DNA from: Bacteroidia bacterium
GTDB lineage: Bacteria; Bacteroidota; Bacteroidia; J057; JADKCL01
Assembly (NCBI GenBank): GCA_041565275.1
Contig: JBFGVE010000002.1
Coordinates: 8,775-72,774, forward strand
DNA length: 64,000 nucleotides
Reading direction: 5' to 3'
The translations under genes and the position numbers were made by a program. Under the pieces are notes generated by a model that was not told the DNA's origin, did no database searches, and saw only the letters and a list, made by a program, of their open reading frames with translations. Below, piece by piece: positions 49,662 through 58,215 of this stretch. Every line of letters starts with the position of its first letter. Positions within the stretch are counted from its first letter, which is position 1.

Positions 49662-50648
49662 ATGGCAACGGCAACTCGACCACCTGAACTCAGTGCTTTT
49701 TGTTTCATTTTCCTGGTGATCTTTGGTATTTCTTCTTGTGGTGGAGATCCAGGAAAAGCCTGGGAAGAACAACCGGATATTATAGTTACCAAGGCTCCGA
49801 AATATCCTGTAGCCAGCAATTTCCGTCCAGTCTTAAACGATGGTTTTTTCTTCATCGTAGAATTGAGGATGGAATATAGCCAGCCCTTTCTTTTTGTCGA
49901 AGGACAAAACCTGGGTTTAGTTGAATGCTCTGGTTATCCCGGAGACTATGAGGTGCCGGATTTGATTAACCTGTACCAGGAGAGGAAAGAACAGGAAGGA
50001 GGGTATGCAGATGTCGTTTTGGCGGCTCACCCGGAAGTTCCTATGAAACTCATTCATTTTATTCTTCGTCAATTTCGGATGCACGGGGTTTTCAGTTTTT
50101 ATTTTCAGGTTCTTCCTGCAGATGGGACCGAGGTTGAAATGGCACTCATGTATCAGGATTGGGGCCCCTATTCAAAAGATCAGTTGGAATTTCTTTTTGA
50201 AAACTCTCCTTGCAGTCCGAGTGAAACCACTCCTCTCAGGTCAGAAAATTCTACCAAGACGGGGGATAGCCACCCGTCTTTTGCCAATCAAATACCTGTT
50301 GGTAGGGATAAGGTTGTAAATAGCGGTAACGGGAGAATTCTTCAACTCCTTGAGTTTCCAGAGGAAAATGATATCCTGATCCTGGCCAGTGGAAAGGTAT
50401 CCCTGGACAAGGATACCCTCAGCTTGAGTGCATTGGGAAACCGCCTTCGTAGGCAGCAGGAATTATCTGAATCTCCTGTCAGAGCTTTGGTTTCCGTATC
50501 GGATGAAGCCAGGTTCGAAAGGCTCATCTTAACCATGGACCAGTTGATCATGTCAGGATTGAGTTCTGCTGTTCTGGTTTCCGAATGGGAAATGAACTAT
50601 TTGAACAGCCTTCGTCACTCCAGACAGCAAACAGGTGACGAACAATAA
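49662..50648 (+). CDS. Hypothetical lipoprotein with two ExbD/TolR-periplasmic-domain-like modules
   Basis: From the ATG at 49662: MATATRPPELSAFCFIFLVIFGISSCGG (lipobox). Two segments resemble the ExbD C-domain pattern: ..ADVVLAAHPEVPMKLIHFILRQFRMHGVFSFYFQV and ..VRALVSVSDEARFERLILTMDQLIMSGLSSAVLV. The track's upstream extension overlaps topB. Confidence 0.4.
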   Translation: MATATRPPELSAFCFIFLVIFGISSCGGDPGKAWEEQPDIIVTKAPKYPVASNFRPVLNDGFFFIVELRMEYSQPFLFVEGQNLGLVECSGYPGDYEVPDLINLYQERKEQEGGYADVVLAAHPEVPMKLIHFILRQFRMHGVFSFYFQVLPADGTEVEMALMYQDWGPYSKDQLEFLFENSPCSPSETTPLRSENSTKTGDSHPSFANQIPVGRDKVVNSGNGRILQLLEFPEENDILILASGKVSLDKDTLSLSALGNRLRRQQELSESPVRALVSVSDEARFERLILTMDQLIMSGLSSAVLVSEWEMNYLNSLRHSRQQTGDEQ

Positions 50649-50697
50649 ATGATAAACCAAATTTCTGGTCATAGCGTTTTATTTTGGTCAATCTAAA

Positions 50698-51672
50698 TTA
50701 CCATCCGAGAACATAAGCAAATATCAATGGGGCAACTATGGTTGCATCGGACTCAATAACGAACTTGGGAGTTTGGGGAAGTAATTTCCCCCATGTGATC
50801 TTTTCATTGGGTACAGCCCCGGAATAAGAACCATAGCTGGTAGTGCTATCGCTGATTTGACAGAAGTAAGACCACATAGGAATATTATCCAGTTGTAGGT
50901 CCTGATGCAACATTGGAACAACACAGATAGGAAAGTCACCTGCGATACCGCCACCCACTTGAAAGAAGCCTACACCTCTACCTTTTGTGTTATCTTGGTA
51001 CCATTTGGATAACAGCATCATGTAATGAATACCCGATTTCATAGTTGTGGGGACAAGTTCTTTCTGAATGCAGTAGGAGGTAAAATAATTACCACAAGTA
51101 GAATCTTCCCACCCCGGTACGATGACGGGAATCCCTTTTTTGGCGGCAGCGAGGAGCCAACTGTCGGCTGGGTCTATCTGATAACTATCCTCTAATTCTC
51201 CATTTAGCAGGATTTGATAAAAGAACTGGTGTGGAAAATAACTTTCCCCTTTTTCATTCGCAGCCTTCCACACATCATACAAATGTGCCTCGATCCTCTT
51301 CATTGCTTCTTCTTCCGGAATGCAGGTATCAGTTACACGGTTGTAGTGATTATCTAGTAATTCCTTCTCTTGTTCGGGCGACAAGTCACGATAGTTTGGA
51401 ATCCTTTTGTAATGATTGTGCGCTACCAAGTTGAATACATCTTCTTCAAGGTTCGCTCCTGTACAAGTAATGATATGAACTTTATCTTGTCGTATCATTT
51501 CTGCCAGCGATTTACCAAGTTCTGCAGTACTCATGGCCCCTGCTAACGTGATCATCATCTTGTTACCAGCATTGATTTGCGCGTCGTATTCCTTGGCTGC
51601 ATCAACAAGTGTAGCAGCATTGAAATGTCTGTAGTGCTCTTCGATAAATTGGGATACTTTTCCTTCTTTCAT
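50698..51672 (-). CDS. Deoxyhypusine synthase-like protein
   Basis: 324 aa. ITLAGAMSTAELG, IITCTGANLEEDVFNLV and GGGIAGDFP are characteristic of the DHS/homospermidine-synthase-like family. Confidence 0.75.
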   Translation of the reverse strand: MKEGKVSQFIEEHYRHFNAATLVDAAKEYDAQINAGNKMMITLAGAMSTAELGKSLAEMIRQDKVHIITCTGANLEEDVFNLVAHNHYKRIPNYRDLSPEQEKELLDNHYNRVTDTCIPEEEAMKRIEAHLYDVWKAANEKGESYFPHQFFYQILLNGELEDSYQIDPADSWLLAAAKKGIPVIVPGWEDSTCGNYFTSYCIQKELVPTTMKSGIHYMMLLSKWYQDNTKGRGVGFFQVGGGIAGDFPICVVPMLHQDLQLDNIPMWSYFCQISDSTTSYGSYSGAVPNEKITWGKLLPQTPKFVIESDATIVAPLIFAYVLGW

Positions 51673-51893
51673 TTTACGCTATTTTCTCAGGACAACAATT
51701 TGTAAAGTGTCTATGAAGTCGATGCTCCAGACAGATTAAGAATCAATTTTTCTAGAATCCAGCAAGAGAATTCCTCGGTTGATAATCACACCTAAACCAC
51801 TCCGTATTATCAGGGAAAGTATAGATCAAGCTATCTCGTTAAAAATAATCAATAATTGCTGACCGGAACAAAATAGATTGCCAAATTTGCCGA

Positions 51894-52913
51894 ATGAAAG
51901 GTTACCTATTCAGGCGGACAGGTTCCCCTCAGGTTTTGAAACTGACGGATGTACCTGATCTACCAGCTCCAGGTTCGGGAGAGGTCCAGGTTAGGACTAA
52001 GGCCATCGGTCTTAACTATGCGGAAATTTTGTCTCGGAAAGGACAGTACAGTTGGGCACCCAAGAGGCCCTATGTCATCGGTATGGAGGCCTTTGGAGAA
52101 GTGGTCGCCATTGGAGATGGGGTCACGGGCTTCCAGGTTGGAGACAAAGTGATGACTGGAGGACAATGCGGTGCCTACGCGGAATATGTCAACGTACCCT
52201 CCTTTCTCGCCTTTCAGGCTTTTCCAGATTTCACAGATAGTGAAAATGCGGCTGTATTGGTCAATTATATGACGGCGTGGATTGCGCTCTTTTGCCAGGC
52301 CCGGGTAGAGACCGGGGAAACGGTGTTGGTGCAGGCGGCAGCTGGTGGAGTGGGAACAGCGGCTGTACAATTGCTCAAAGCCCATGGTTGCACGGTGATT
52401 GCAATGGCCAGTAATCCAGAGAAAATAGATCTGCTTAACCGCCTGGGTGCTGACTTGACGGTCAATTATACTAAAGAAAACTTTTATGATATCATCCTGG
52501 AAAAAGATATGCGGCCGGATATCGTATTGGAGTTGGTAGGAGGAGACGTGTTTAAGAAAAGTTATGCTTTACTCAAGCCATTCGGGCGCATGGTCGTAGC
52601 TGGGTTTGCCAGCATACCTCTGGTAAAATGGAATCCTTTTTCCTGGATCAAAACCGTTCGTATGGCTCCGAAAGCAAAAGTCATGGATATGGCTAAGCGG
52701 TCGATAGGAATATATGCTACCCACATCGGCTATTTGATAAACAATCCGGAATTGGTGGTGGAAAATTTCGAGGAAGGACGCAAATTTATGATCAGGCATA
52801 AGATCCGTCCTGTTATCGGCAAGGAATTTAATTTTGATCAAATCCCGGAAGCACACGCATTCATGGAAAGCCGTGCCAGTTATGGAAAGATTGTCATCAA
52901 CGTCTCTGACTAA
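51894..52913 (+). CDS. Medium-chain (zinc-type) dehydrogenase/quinone oxidoreductase family protein
   Basis: 339 aa with a GroES-like N-domain and a Rossmann motif VLVQAAAGGVGTAAVQL. Confidence 0.8.
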   Translation: MKGYLFRRTGSPQVLKLTDVPDLPAPGSGEVQVRTKAIGLNYAEILSRKGQYSWAPKRPYVIGMEAFGEVVAIGDGVTGFQVGDKVMTGGQCGAYAEYVNVPSFLAFQAFPDFTDSENAAVLVNYMTAWIALFCQARVETGETVLVQAAAGGVGTAAVQLLKAHGCTVIAMASNPEKIDLLNRLGADLTVNYTKENFYDIILEKDMRPDIVLELVGGDVFKKSYALLKPFGRMVVAGFASIPLVKWNPFSWIKTVRMAPKAKVMDMAKRSIGIYATHIGYLINNPELVVENFEEGRKFMIRHKIRPVIGKEFNFDQIPEAHAFMESRASYGKIVINVSD

Positions 52914-53010
52914 CACGGGGTCTTCAGGAGTCGCCAGGTGTTGCGTTCTATTTTCCCATCCGGCCTCAGTTGATCGTATCTTCCCAAATGTCAATCTATT
53001 TTCCGATCTG

Positions 53011-54912
53011 TTAGTACGACCTGATACCCTTTCCTTCCACATAGTTGATGAAAGCCTGGTTGACTACTCTGTTCCCGCCAGGAGTAGGGTAGTCTCCGGA
53101 AAAGTACCAATCGCCCAGGTGGTTAGGGATGGCTTTGGCTAGATTGGCCAGAGGTTGATACACAATTTCAACTTGACAATCCAAATTGTCAGGTTTCAGC
53201 AGATCAGCTATTTTCCTTGAGATTTCATCTTCGGTAAACAACTCGTAGATGGCCTTAACTGCGTTGCGGGTATGAAGAAGATCGTATTCCTTCAGGGCGA
53301 CGCATTCTCGATATACTTGGTGAATGGTGCCATGCATGCCACGCTCGTTGAGCAAGGCAATTGCAGCCTGGAAAGCAGCGAACCGACCAATCTGAGACAT
53401 GTCGATGCCATAACAATCCGGGTATCTGATCTGAGGTGCAGAGGATACAATGATGATTTTCTTTGGCTGAAGCCGTCCCAAGATGCGTAAAATACTTTGT
53501 TTCAGGGTTGTTCCCCGAACGATAGAATCATCAATGCAGACCAAGTTATCTACCTTGGGGGTAAGAATTCCTTGGGTTACATCGTATACGTGGGCCACCA
53601 AATCATCACGGGCGTTGTCATCGGTAATGAAGGTTCGTAGCTTGATGTCTTTGATAATTACTTTTTCCACCCTGGGACGAGCATTCAAAACCCTTGACAA
53701 ATCTCCTTCGGTCGCTTTTCCCTGCAACTCCCGTATCTGCCGTATTTTCTCCTGGTTCATATAAGTTTCGACCCCTTTGATCATTCCCCAGAATGCAGTT
53801 TCAGCGGTGTTGGGAATATAACCAAAGACTGTGTGGTCGAGGTCGTGTCCTACATGTTCCAAAATCTTAGGCACTAGAATATCACCTAATGCCATCCTTT
53901 CTCTGTAGATGTCAGGGTCGTTGCCTCGGGAAAAATAGATTCTTTCAAAAGAGCAACTCTTCTTTTCCCGAGCCTCAGTGAATGCTTTGACGGAAAATTC
54001 TCCATTTCGCTTGATGGTGATCAAGTGACCGGGTTCGAGTTCTTTTATATCATCATAAGCAACCTCGAATACAGTAGAAATAGCGGGGCGCTCTGAGGCA
54101 ACTACTATCACGTCATCATTCTCGTAGTAGTGACAAGGACGAATTCCGTTGGGGTCACGAGCTACCCACCCGATCCCACAGCCTATGAGTCCACCCATAA
54201 CATAGCCTCCATCCCAGCGTTTGGCAGCCTTTCGGATGATTTTTCGGGTGTCTAGTCCTTCAGCGATCAGGCTTGAAATCTCTTGTTTACTTCTGCCTTG
54301 TTGCTTGAACTTGGCATGTAGTTCTTCATTTTCCTCATCCAGAAAGTGTCCGATGCGTTCCAGAACTGTTTCTGTATCTGAGATGTAGCGGGGGTGTTGA
54401 CCCAACTCAACAAGGTATTGGAAAAGGTCGTGGACATTGGTAAGGTTAAAATTACCTGCGATGGTCAGGGTCCGGGACCGCCAATTGTTGGAGCGAACGA
54501 CGGGGTGGCAGGCATCAATATTATAGGATCCGTGGGTTCCATACCGGAGATGTCCTAACAACAGCTCGCCGGCAAAACCAAAATGTTCATGCAGCAGGTC
54601 TTCATCTTGCTCAATTCCAGGATACCTTTGCTGGAGTAAGGCCATTCTTCCACTGATCTCTTTGAAGAGTGCTCCCCAAGGAGAATTCTGGTTGTTCCGC
54701 AATCTTTTCAGGTAAGGGCTACCCGGTGGAACATCCAGTTTGAGACTGGCTAAACCAGCCCCGTCCTGGCCCCGGTTATGCTGCTTTTCCATCAACAAAT
54801 ACATCTTGTTCAGGCCCCAAAGAGGCGTACCGTATTTGTGCTTGTAAAACTTGAGGGGTTTTTTGAGGCGGATCATTCCGATTCCGCACTCGTGTTTGAT
54901 TTGATCGGACAC
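53011..54912 (-). CDS. purF: Amidophosphoribosyltransferase (long, Bacteroidota-type)
   Basis: 633 aa with a GTG start. The N-terminal Ntn-amidotransferase segment reads KHECGIGMIRL, with NRGQDGAG. The PRTase motif is LVCIDDSIVRGTT. Confidence 0.85.
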   Translation of the reverse strand: MSDQIKHECGIGMIRLKKPLKFYKHKYGTPLWGLNKMYLLMEKQHNRGQDGAGLASLKLDVPPGSPYLKRLRNNQNSPWGALFKEISGRMALLQQRYPGIEQDEDLLHEHFGFAGELLLGHLRYGTHGSYNIDACHPVVRSNNWRSRTLTIAGNFNLTNVHDLFQYLVELGQHPRYISDTETVLERIGHFLDEENEELHAKFKQQGRSKQEISSLIAEGLDTRKIIRKAAKRWDGGYVMGGLIGCGIGWVARDPNGIRPCHYYENDDVIVVASERPAISTVFEVAYDDIKELEPGHLITIKRNGEFSVKAFTEAREKKSCSFERIYFSRGNDPDIYRERMALGDILVPKILEHVGHDLDHTVFGYIPNTAETAFWGMIKGVETYMNQEKIRQIRELQGKATEGDLSRVLNARPRVEKVIIKDIKLRTFITDDNARDDLVAHVYDVTQGILTPKVDNLVCIDDSIVRGTTLKQSILRILGRLQPKKIIIVSSAPQIRYPDCYGIDMSQIGRFAAFQAAIALLNERGMHGTIHQVYRECVALKEYDLLHTRNAVKAIYELFTEDEISRKIADLLKPDNLDCQVEIVYQPLANLAKAIPNHLGDWYFSGDYPTPGGNRVVNQAFINYVEGKGIRSY

Positions 54913-55045
54913 TCTGTATCCAGTTATTAATATAAGGTGCTACTAACCTACAGAGCCCAAATTTAGCTCTATTTTTTTTAATTGTTTCACCCAAAGGTTT
55001 TTTTGGATTAGTTTCAGTTTTTAAACCTTACAAAGCCCCTTCTTC

Positions 55046-55585
55046 ATGAACGAAGTCAAGATACTTGATAAGGACTTTACTCTCTTAATATCAGAATCAG
55101 AATTGCAAGACCAAATATACTTGCTGGCGCAGCAATTGAATGTTATCTATGCAGGATGTGATCCAATGATAGTAAGTGTATTAAACGGATCATTCATATT
55201 TGCTGCCGATCTGGTCAGACATCTCAACTGGGATCCTGAGATTCATTTTATTAGGGTTAATTCCTACAAAGGAAGTATGACCAGTTCGGGTGAGATGCAT
55301 ATGCTGTTGGATTTAAAGGCCTCCGTTGAAGGAAGAGATGTTCTTTTGGTCGAAGATATAGTAGATACAGGCAATACCCTGGAGTGGCTACGCCATCGCA
55401 TTAAGAGGTGCGGAGCAGCTTCTGTCAGGCTGGTAACCCTTCTATTCAAAGAAGAGGCTTTCCAAGCCGAGACCCCTCCGGAGTTTATTGGGTTCAACAT
55501 TCCCAATGCCTTCGTGGTCGGTTATGGTATGGATTATGCTGAGCGTGGTCGCAACCTGTCTGCGATATACCGACTTATAATTTAA
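55046..55585 (+). CDS. hpt: Hypoxanthine phosphoribosyltransferase
   Basis: 179 aa with the PRPP-binding motif VLLVEDIVDTGNTL and C-terminal GYGMDYAERGRNL. Confidence 0.92.
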   Translation: MNEVKILDKDFTLLISESELQDQIYLLAQQLNVIYAGCDPMIVSVLNGSFIFAADLVRHLNWDPEIHFIRVNSYKGSMTSSGEMHMLLDLKASVEGRDVLLVEDIVDTGNTLEWLRHRIKRCGAASVRLVTLLFKEEAFQAETPPEFIGFNIPNAFVVGYGMDYAERGRNLSAIYRLII

Positions 55586-55586
55586 G

Positions 55587-56276
55587 GTGGCTTCCCGGGG
55601 GAAAAAGAAAAATAAGCAACCGCTCCTCTTCAAAGTGGCACTTTTCCCTCTTTGGTTTGTTTTGATCGCTATACTTCCATTCATTCTATTGATCCGAGTA
55701 TCCGTTTTCGTTTATGCCAATCTTGATCTGGATCCCTGGTTTTGTCTTGCTTTTGGTGCTATACCTACCTTTATCCTGACCTTCATCTATTTAAACCGGA
55801 TTACCAGGACCTTATTCTCCAGGAAAAAAACAAAAAAGGGCGCCAGAAAAATCAACTTTCGTCTTGCCATCGTATTGGTAGGCGGTTTTATATCTTATAC
55901 ATTGTTCTTCCTTTCTGGAAACAATGCCAAAACGACACAAGTAAAAGGCGAGTACTATTCCGTTCACCCTCTGCTGCGGACCACAGTAGGGACTTTGGCT
56001 ATTTTTGATCGAGACTTAGTCATTACAGACATGTCTCGGGTTCCTGAAGATTATCGGGATATGGGCCTCACCACTAAGAGCAGATCCCTGCATTTTCCCC
56101 AGATGGATGGGTATGTCCATGCCATTGATCTCAGGACCAATAACCGCCCCGAATGGCGAAATACTGTGTTGCGGTGGTATTTTGAATTGATGGGCTTCAA
56201 TACTTTAAGGCATTCAGGCTCGGGTGACCACCTTCATATCTCTCTGTTTATCCATGAACGTCCTGGGGCGTTGTAA
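55587..56276 (+). CDS. Membrane protein with a C-terminal domain carrying LAS/M15-like metal-ligand motifs (hypothetical)
   Basis: 229 aa with a GTG start 1 nt after the hpt stop. There are 3-4 TM segments, then SRSLHFPQMDGYVHAIDL and GDHLHISL, reminiscent of SxHxxGxAxD / HxH in VanY-type peptidases. This is weak. Confidence 0.35.
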   Translation: MASRGKKKNKQPLLFKVALFPLWFVLIAILPFILLIRVSVFVYANLDLDPWFCLAFGAIPTFILTFIYLNRITRTLFSRKKTKKGARKINFRLAIVLVGGFISYTLFFLSGNNAKTTQVKGEYYSVHPLLRTTVGTLAIFDRDLVITDMSRVPEDYRDMGLTTKSRSLHFPQMDGYVHAIDLRTNNRPEWRNTVLRWYFELMGFNTLRHSGSGDHLHISLFIHERPGAL

Positions 56277-56353
56277 CCTTGGTCTCGGCTCTTGCTTGGC
56301 TTCTCAGTGATATGGGACTATCTTTGCTGCTTTACTCCAAAAACACAATCGAC

Positions 56354-56938
56354 ATGTTCAATATACTTCTTTTTGGCCCTCCTGGTGTAGGTAAAGGCAC
56401 GCAGTCTAATCTTATCAAGGAACAATACGACCTAGAACACCTGTCCACAGGAGATATGCTCCGTGCAGCTCGGAAGTCTGAGACAGAGCTCGGGAACTTG
56501 GTTGCTGCCATCATGGATGCTGGAACTCTAGTCTCCGACGAAATCGTTAACGAACTGGTTCAGGAGCGCGTTACAACCGGAATAGATAAACAGGGATTCA
56601 TTTTTGATGGCTATCCCCGTACTGTTGCTCAGGCTCGATATCTGGATGACATCCTGGACAAGGCAGGTTCTCCGATTGCAGCGGTTGTATTTCTCGAGTC
56701 CCCTGAAGAAGAGTTAATCGAGCGTTTACTGAAGCGTGCCCAAGACCAGGGACGCGCTGATGATACAAAGGAAGTGATAGAGGCACGGATCGTCAACTAC
56801 AATGCCCAAACACTTCCCGTTGCGAAGTATTACCAGTCACAGGGAAAATTACAAATGATCAATGGGGTTGGTTCCATTGAAGAAGTTGCGACTCGTATCC
56901 GGACTGTTTTAGAAAAAGTTAGGACCGCTAAGGTTTGA
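56354..56938 (+). CDS. adk: Adenylate kinase
   Basis: From the ATG at 56354: MFNILLFGPPGVGKGTQS (P-loop), GFIFDGYPRT. The short LID form lacks the Zn Cys motif. Confidence 0.95.
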   Translation: MFNILLFGPPGVGKGTQSNLIKEQYDLEHLSTGDMLRAARKSETELGNLVAAIMDAGTLVSDEIVNELVQERVTTGIDKQGFIFDGYPRTVAQARYLDDILDKAGSPIAAVVFLESPEEELIERLLKRAQDQGRADDTKEVIEARIVNYNAQTLPVAKYYQSQGKLQMINGVGSIEEVATRIRTVLEKVRTAKV

Positions 56939-56941
56939 TCA

Positions 56942-57958
56942 ATGCCTCCACATCCATTTGTTGATCACGTTCGCATCTACTTTCGCAGTGGCAGAGGCGG
57001 TAGGGGTGTAGTATCCTGGCGCAGGGAGAAGTATGTAGACAAAGGAGGACCAGATGGTGGTGACGGAGGGAAAGGTGGAGACATCATCCTCGAAGGGAGC
57101 GGCCAACTTTGGACTCTATTAGATCTTAAATATCGCAAGCATATCCATGCAGAAAATGCTGCACCCGGTGAAGGTAATCGGAAAACCGGAAGATCTGGCA
57201 AGGACCGGATTGTCAAGGTTCCATTGGGAACGGTCGTAACGAACGAAGAAACCGGAGAAGTTTTAGGAGAGATCAAAGAAGAAGGAGAGCGTTTGACCAT
57301 TTTGACCGGAGGGCATGGCGGAAAAGGAAATTGGCATTTTCGTTCTTCCTCCAACCAAGCACCGGAATATTCTAGTGAAGGTGGCCCTCCAAAGGAAATG
57401 GTTGCAGTACTGGAGTTAAAAGTGCTTGCTGACATAGGCTTGGTCGGTTTTCCCAATGCAGGAAAGTCTACCCTGCTGTCAGTTGTTACGGCTGCCAGAC
57501 CCAAGATCGCGGATTATGCATTTACTACACTGGTTCCCAATCTGGGAATCGTCAAGTACAAAGACTATCAAAGCTTTGTACTTGCTGATATCCCTGGAAT
57601 CATAAAGGGCGCCAGTAAAGGGAAGGGACTAGGAACCCGCTTTCTGCGTCACATTGAGCGTAATTCGGTACTTCTCTTCATGATCTCGGTAGAGAGTGAT
57701 GACATAATTGAAGAATATGAGACCCTGGTCGGTGAATTGAGGGCCTATGCCCCTGAATTGATCCACAAAGATCGTTTCCTTGCGATTACTAAAACCGACC
57801 TCCTCGATGAAGAAGAACTAGAGCAACTCAAGGGAAGTCTGCCTGACGTACCTTGGCATTTCATATCTTCAGTCACCCAAGAGGGCCTTCCTGAACTAAA
57901 AGATAGGCTTTGGCAAATGCTAAATCCTGGTAAGAATAAGGAATTTTGGGAAGATTGA
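56942..57958 (+). CDS. obg: GTPase Obg/CgtA
   Basis: 338 aa with a Gly-rich Obg fold (GGRGVVSWRREKYVDKGGPDGGDGGKGGD). G1 is GFPNAGKST, G3 is DIPG and G4 is TKTD. Confidence 0.95.
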   Translation: MPPHPFVDHVRIYFRSGRGGRGVVSWRREKYVDKGGPDGGDGGKGGDIILEGSGQLWTLLDLKYRKHIHAENAAPGEGNRKTGRSGKDRIVKVPLGTVVTNEETGEVLGEIKEEGERLTILTGGHGGKGNWHFRSSSNQAPEYSSEGGPPKEMVAVLELKVLADIGLVGFPNAGKSTLLSVVTAARPKIADYAFTTLVPNLGIVKYKDYQSFVLADIPGIIKGASKGKGLGTRFLRHIERNSVLLFMISVESDDIIEEYETLVGELRAYAPELIHKDRFLAITKTDLLDEEELEQLKGSLPDVPWHFISSVTQEGLPELKDRLWQMLNPGKNKEFWED

Positions 57959-58215
57959 TTTTCTCAGTCTTTATAGGTAGTTTACACGTTGCGTTGAATT
58001 TCGTTGTCCTTTTATATTTCCTGGGGCAACCAATGAAATCGTTATAGCTACGTTAGCTTGAATTGGGTTTTTGAGGCTGGAGTCGAAAATAAGGGTGGGG
58101 TACCTACGTGTAAAGCTTGGTGGGTTCTCTTTTTGGAATCTCAACTGATACCTAAGCCAAATAAGCCAGCCACTGATCTTGTATTGCTTTTGGATCACTC
58201 TAATGAGTGTTGGTT

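Noticed and set aside
54952-54979. Terminator-like hairpin AGAGC-N9-GCTCT followed by T8 on the plus strand, ~70 nt upstream of hpt in the purF/hpt divergent region.
   Set aside because: The stem is only 5 bp, the context is AT-rich promoter sequence, and no upstream plus-strand gene needs terminating. No purine-riboswitch core was seen either.
56977-57504. 175-aa Pro/Ser-rich ORF antisense to obg.
   Set aside because: It is the reverse complement of Obg's glycine-rich N-terminal domain (GGN codons read as NCC Pro/Ser codons). This is a classic shadow ORF.
57981-58114. 9-bp inverted repeat TTTACACGT (57981..57989) / ACGTGTAAA (58106..58114) in the obg-T9SS cargo intergenic region, plus the 75-aa ORF 57971..58198 on the minus strand.
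   Set aside because: The arms are ~115 nt apart and do not extend. A single 9-mer inverted repeat is plausible by chance in 64 kb. The ORF has no supporting features.
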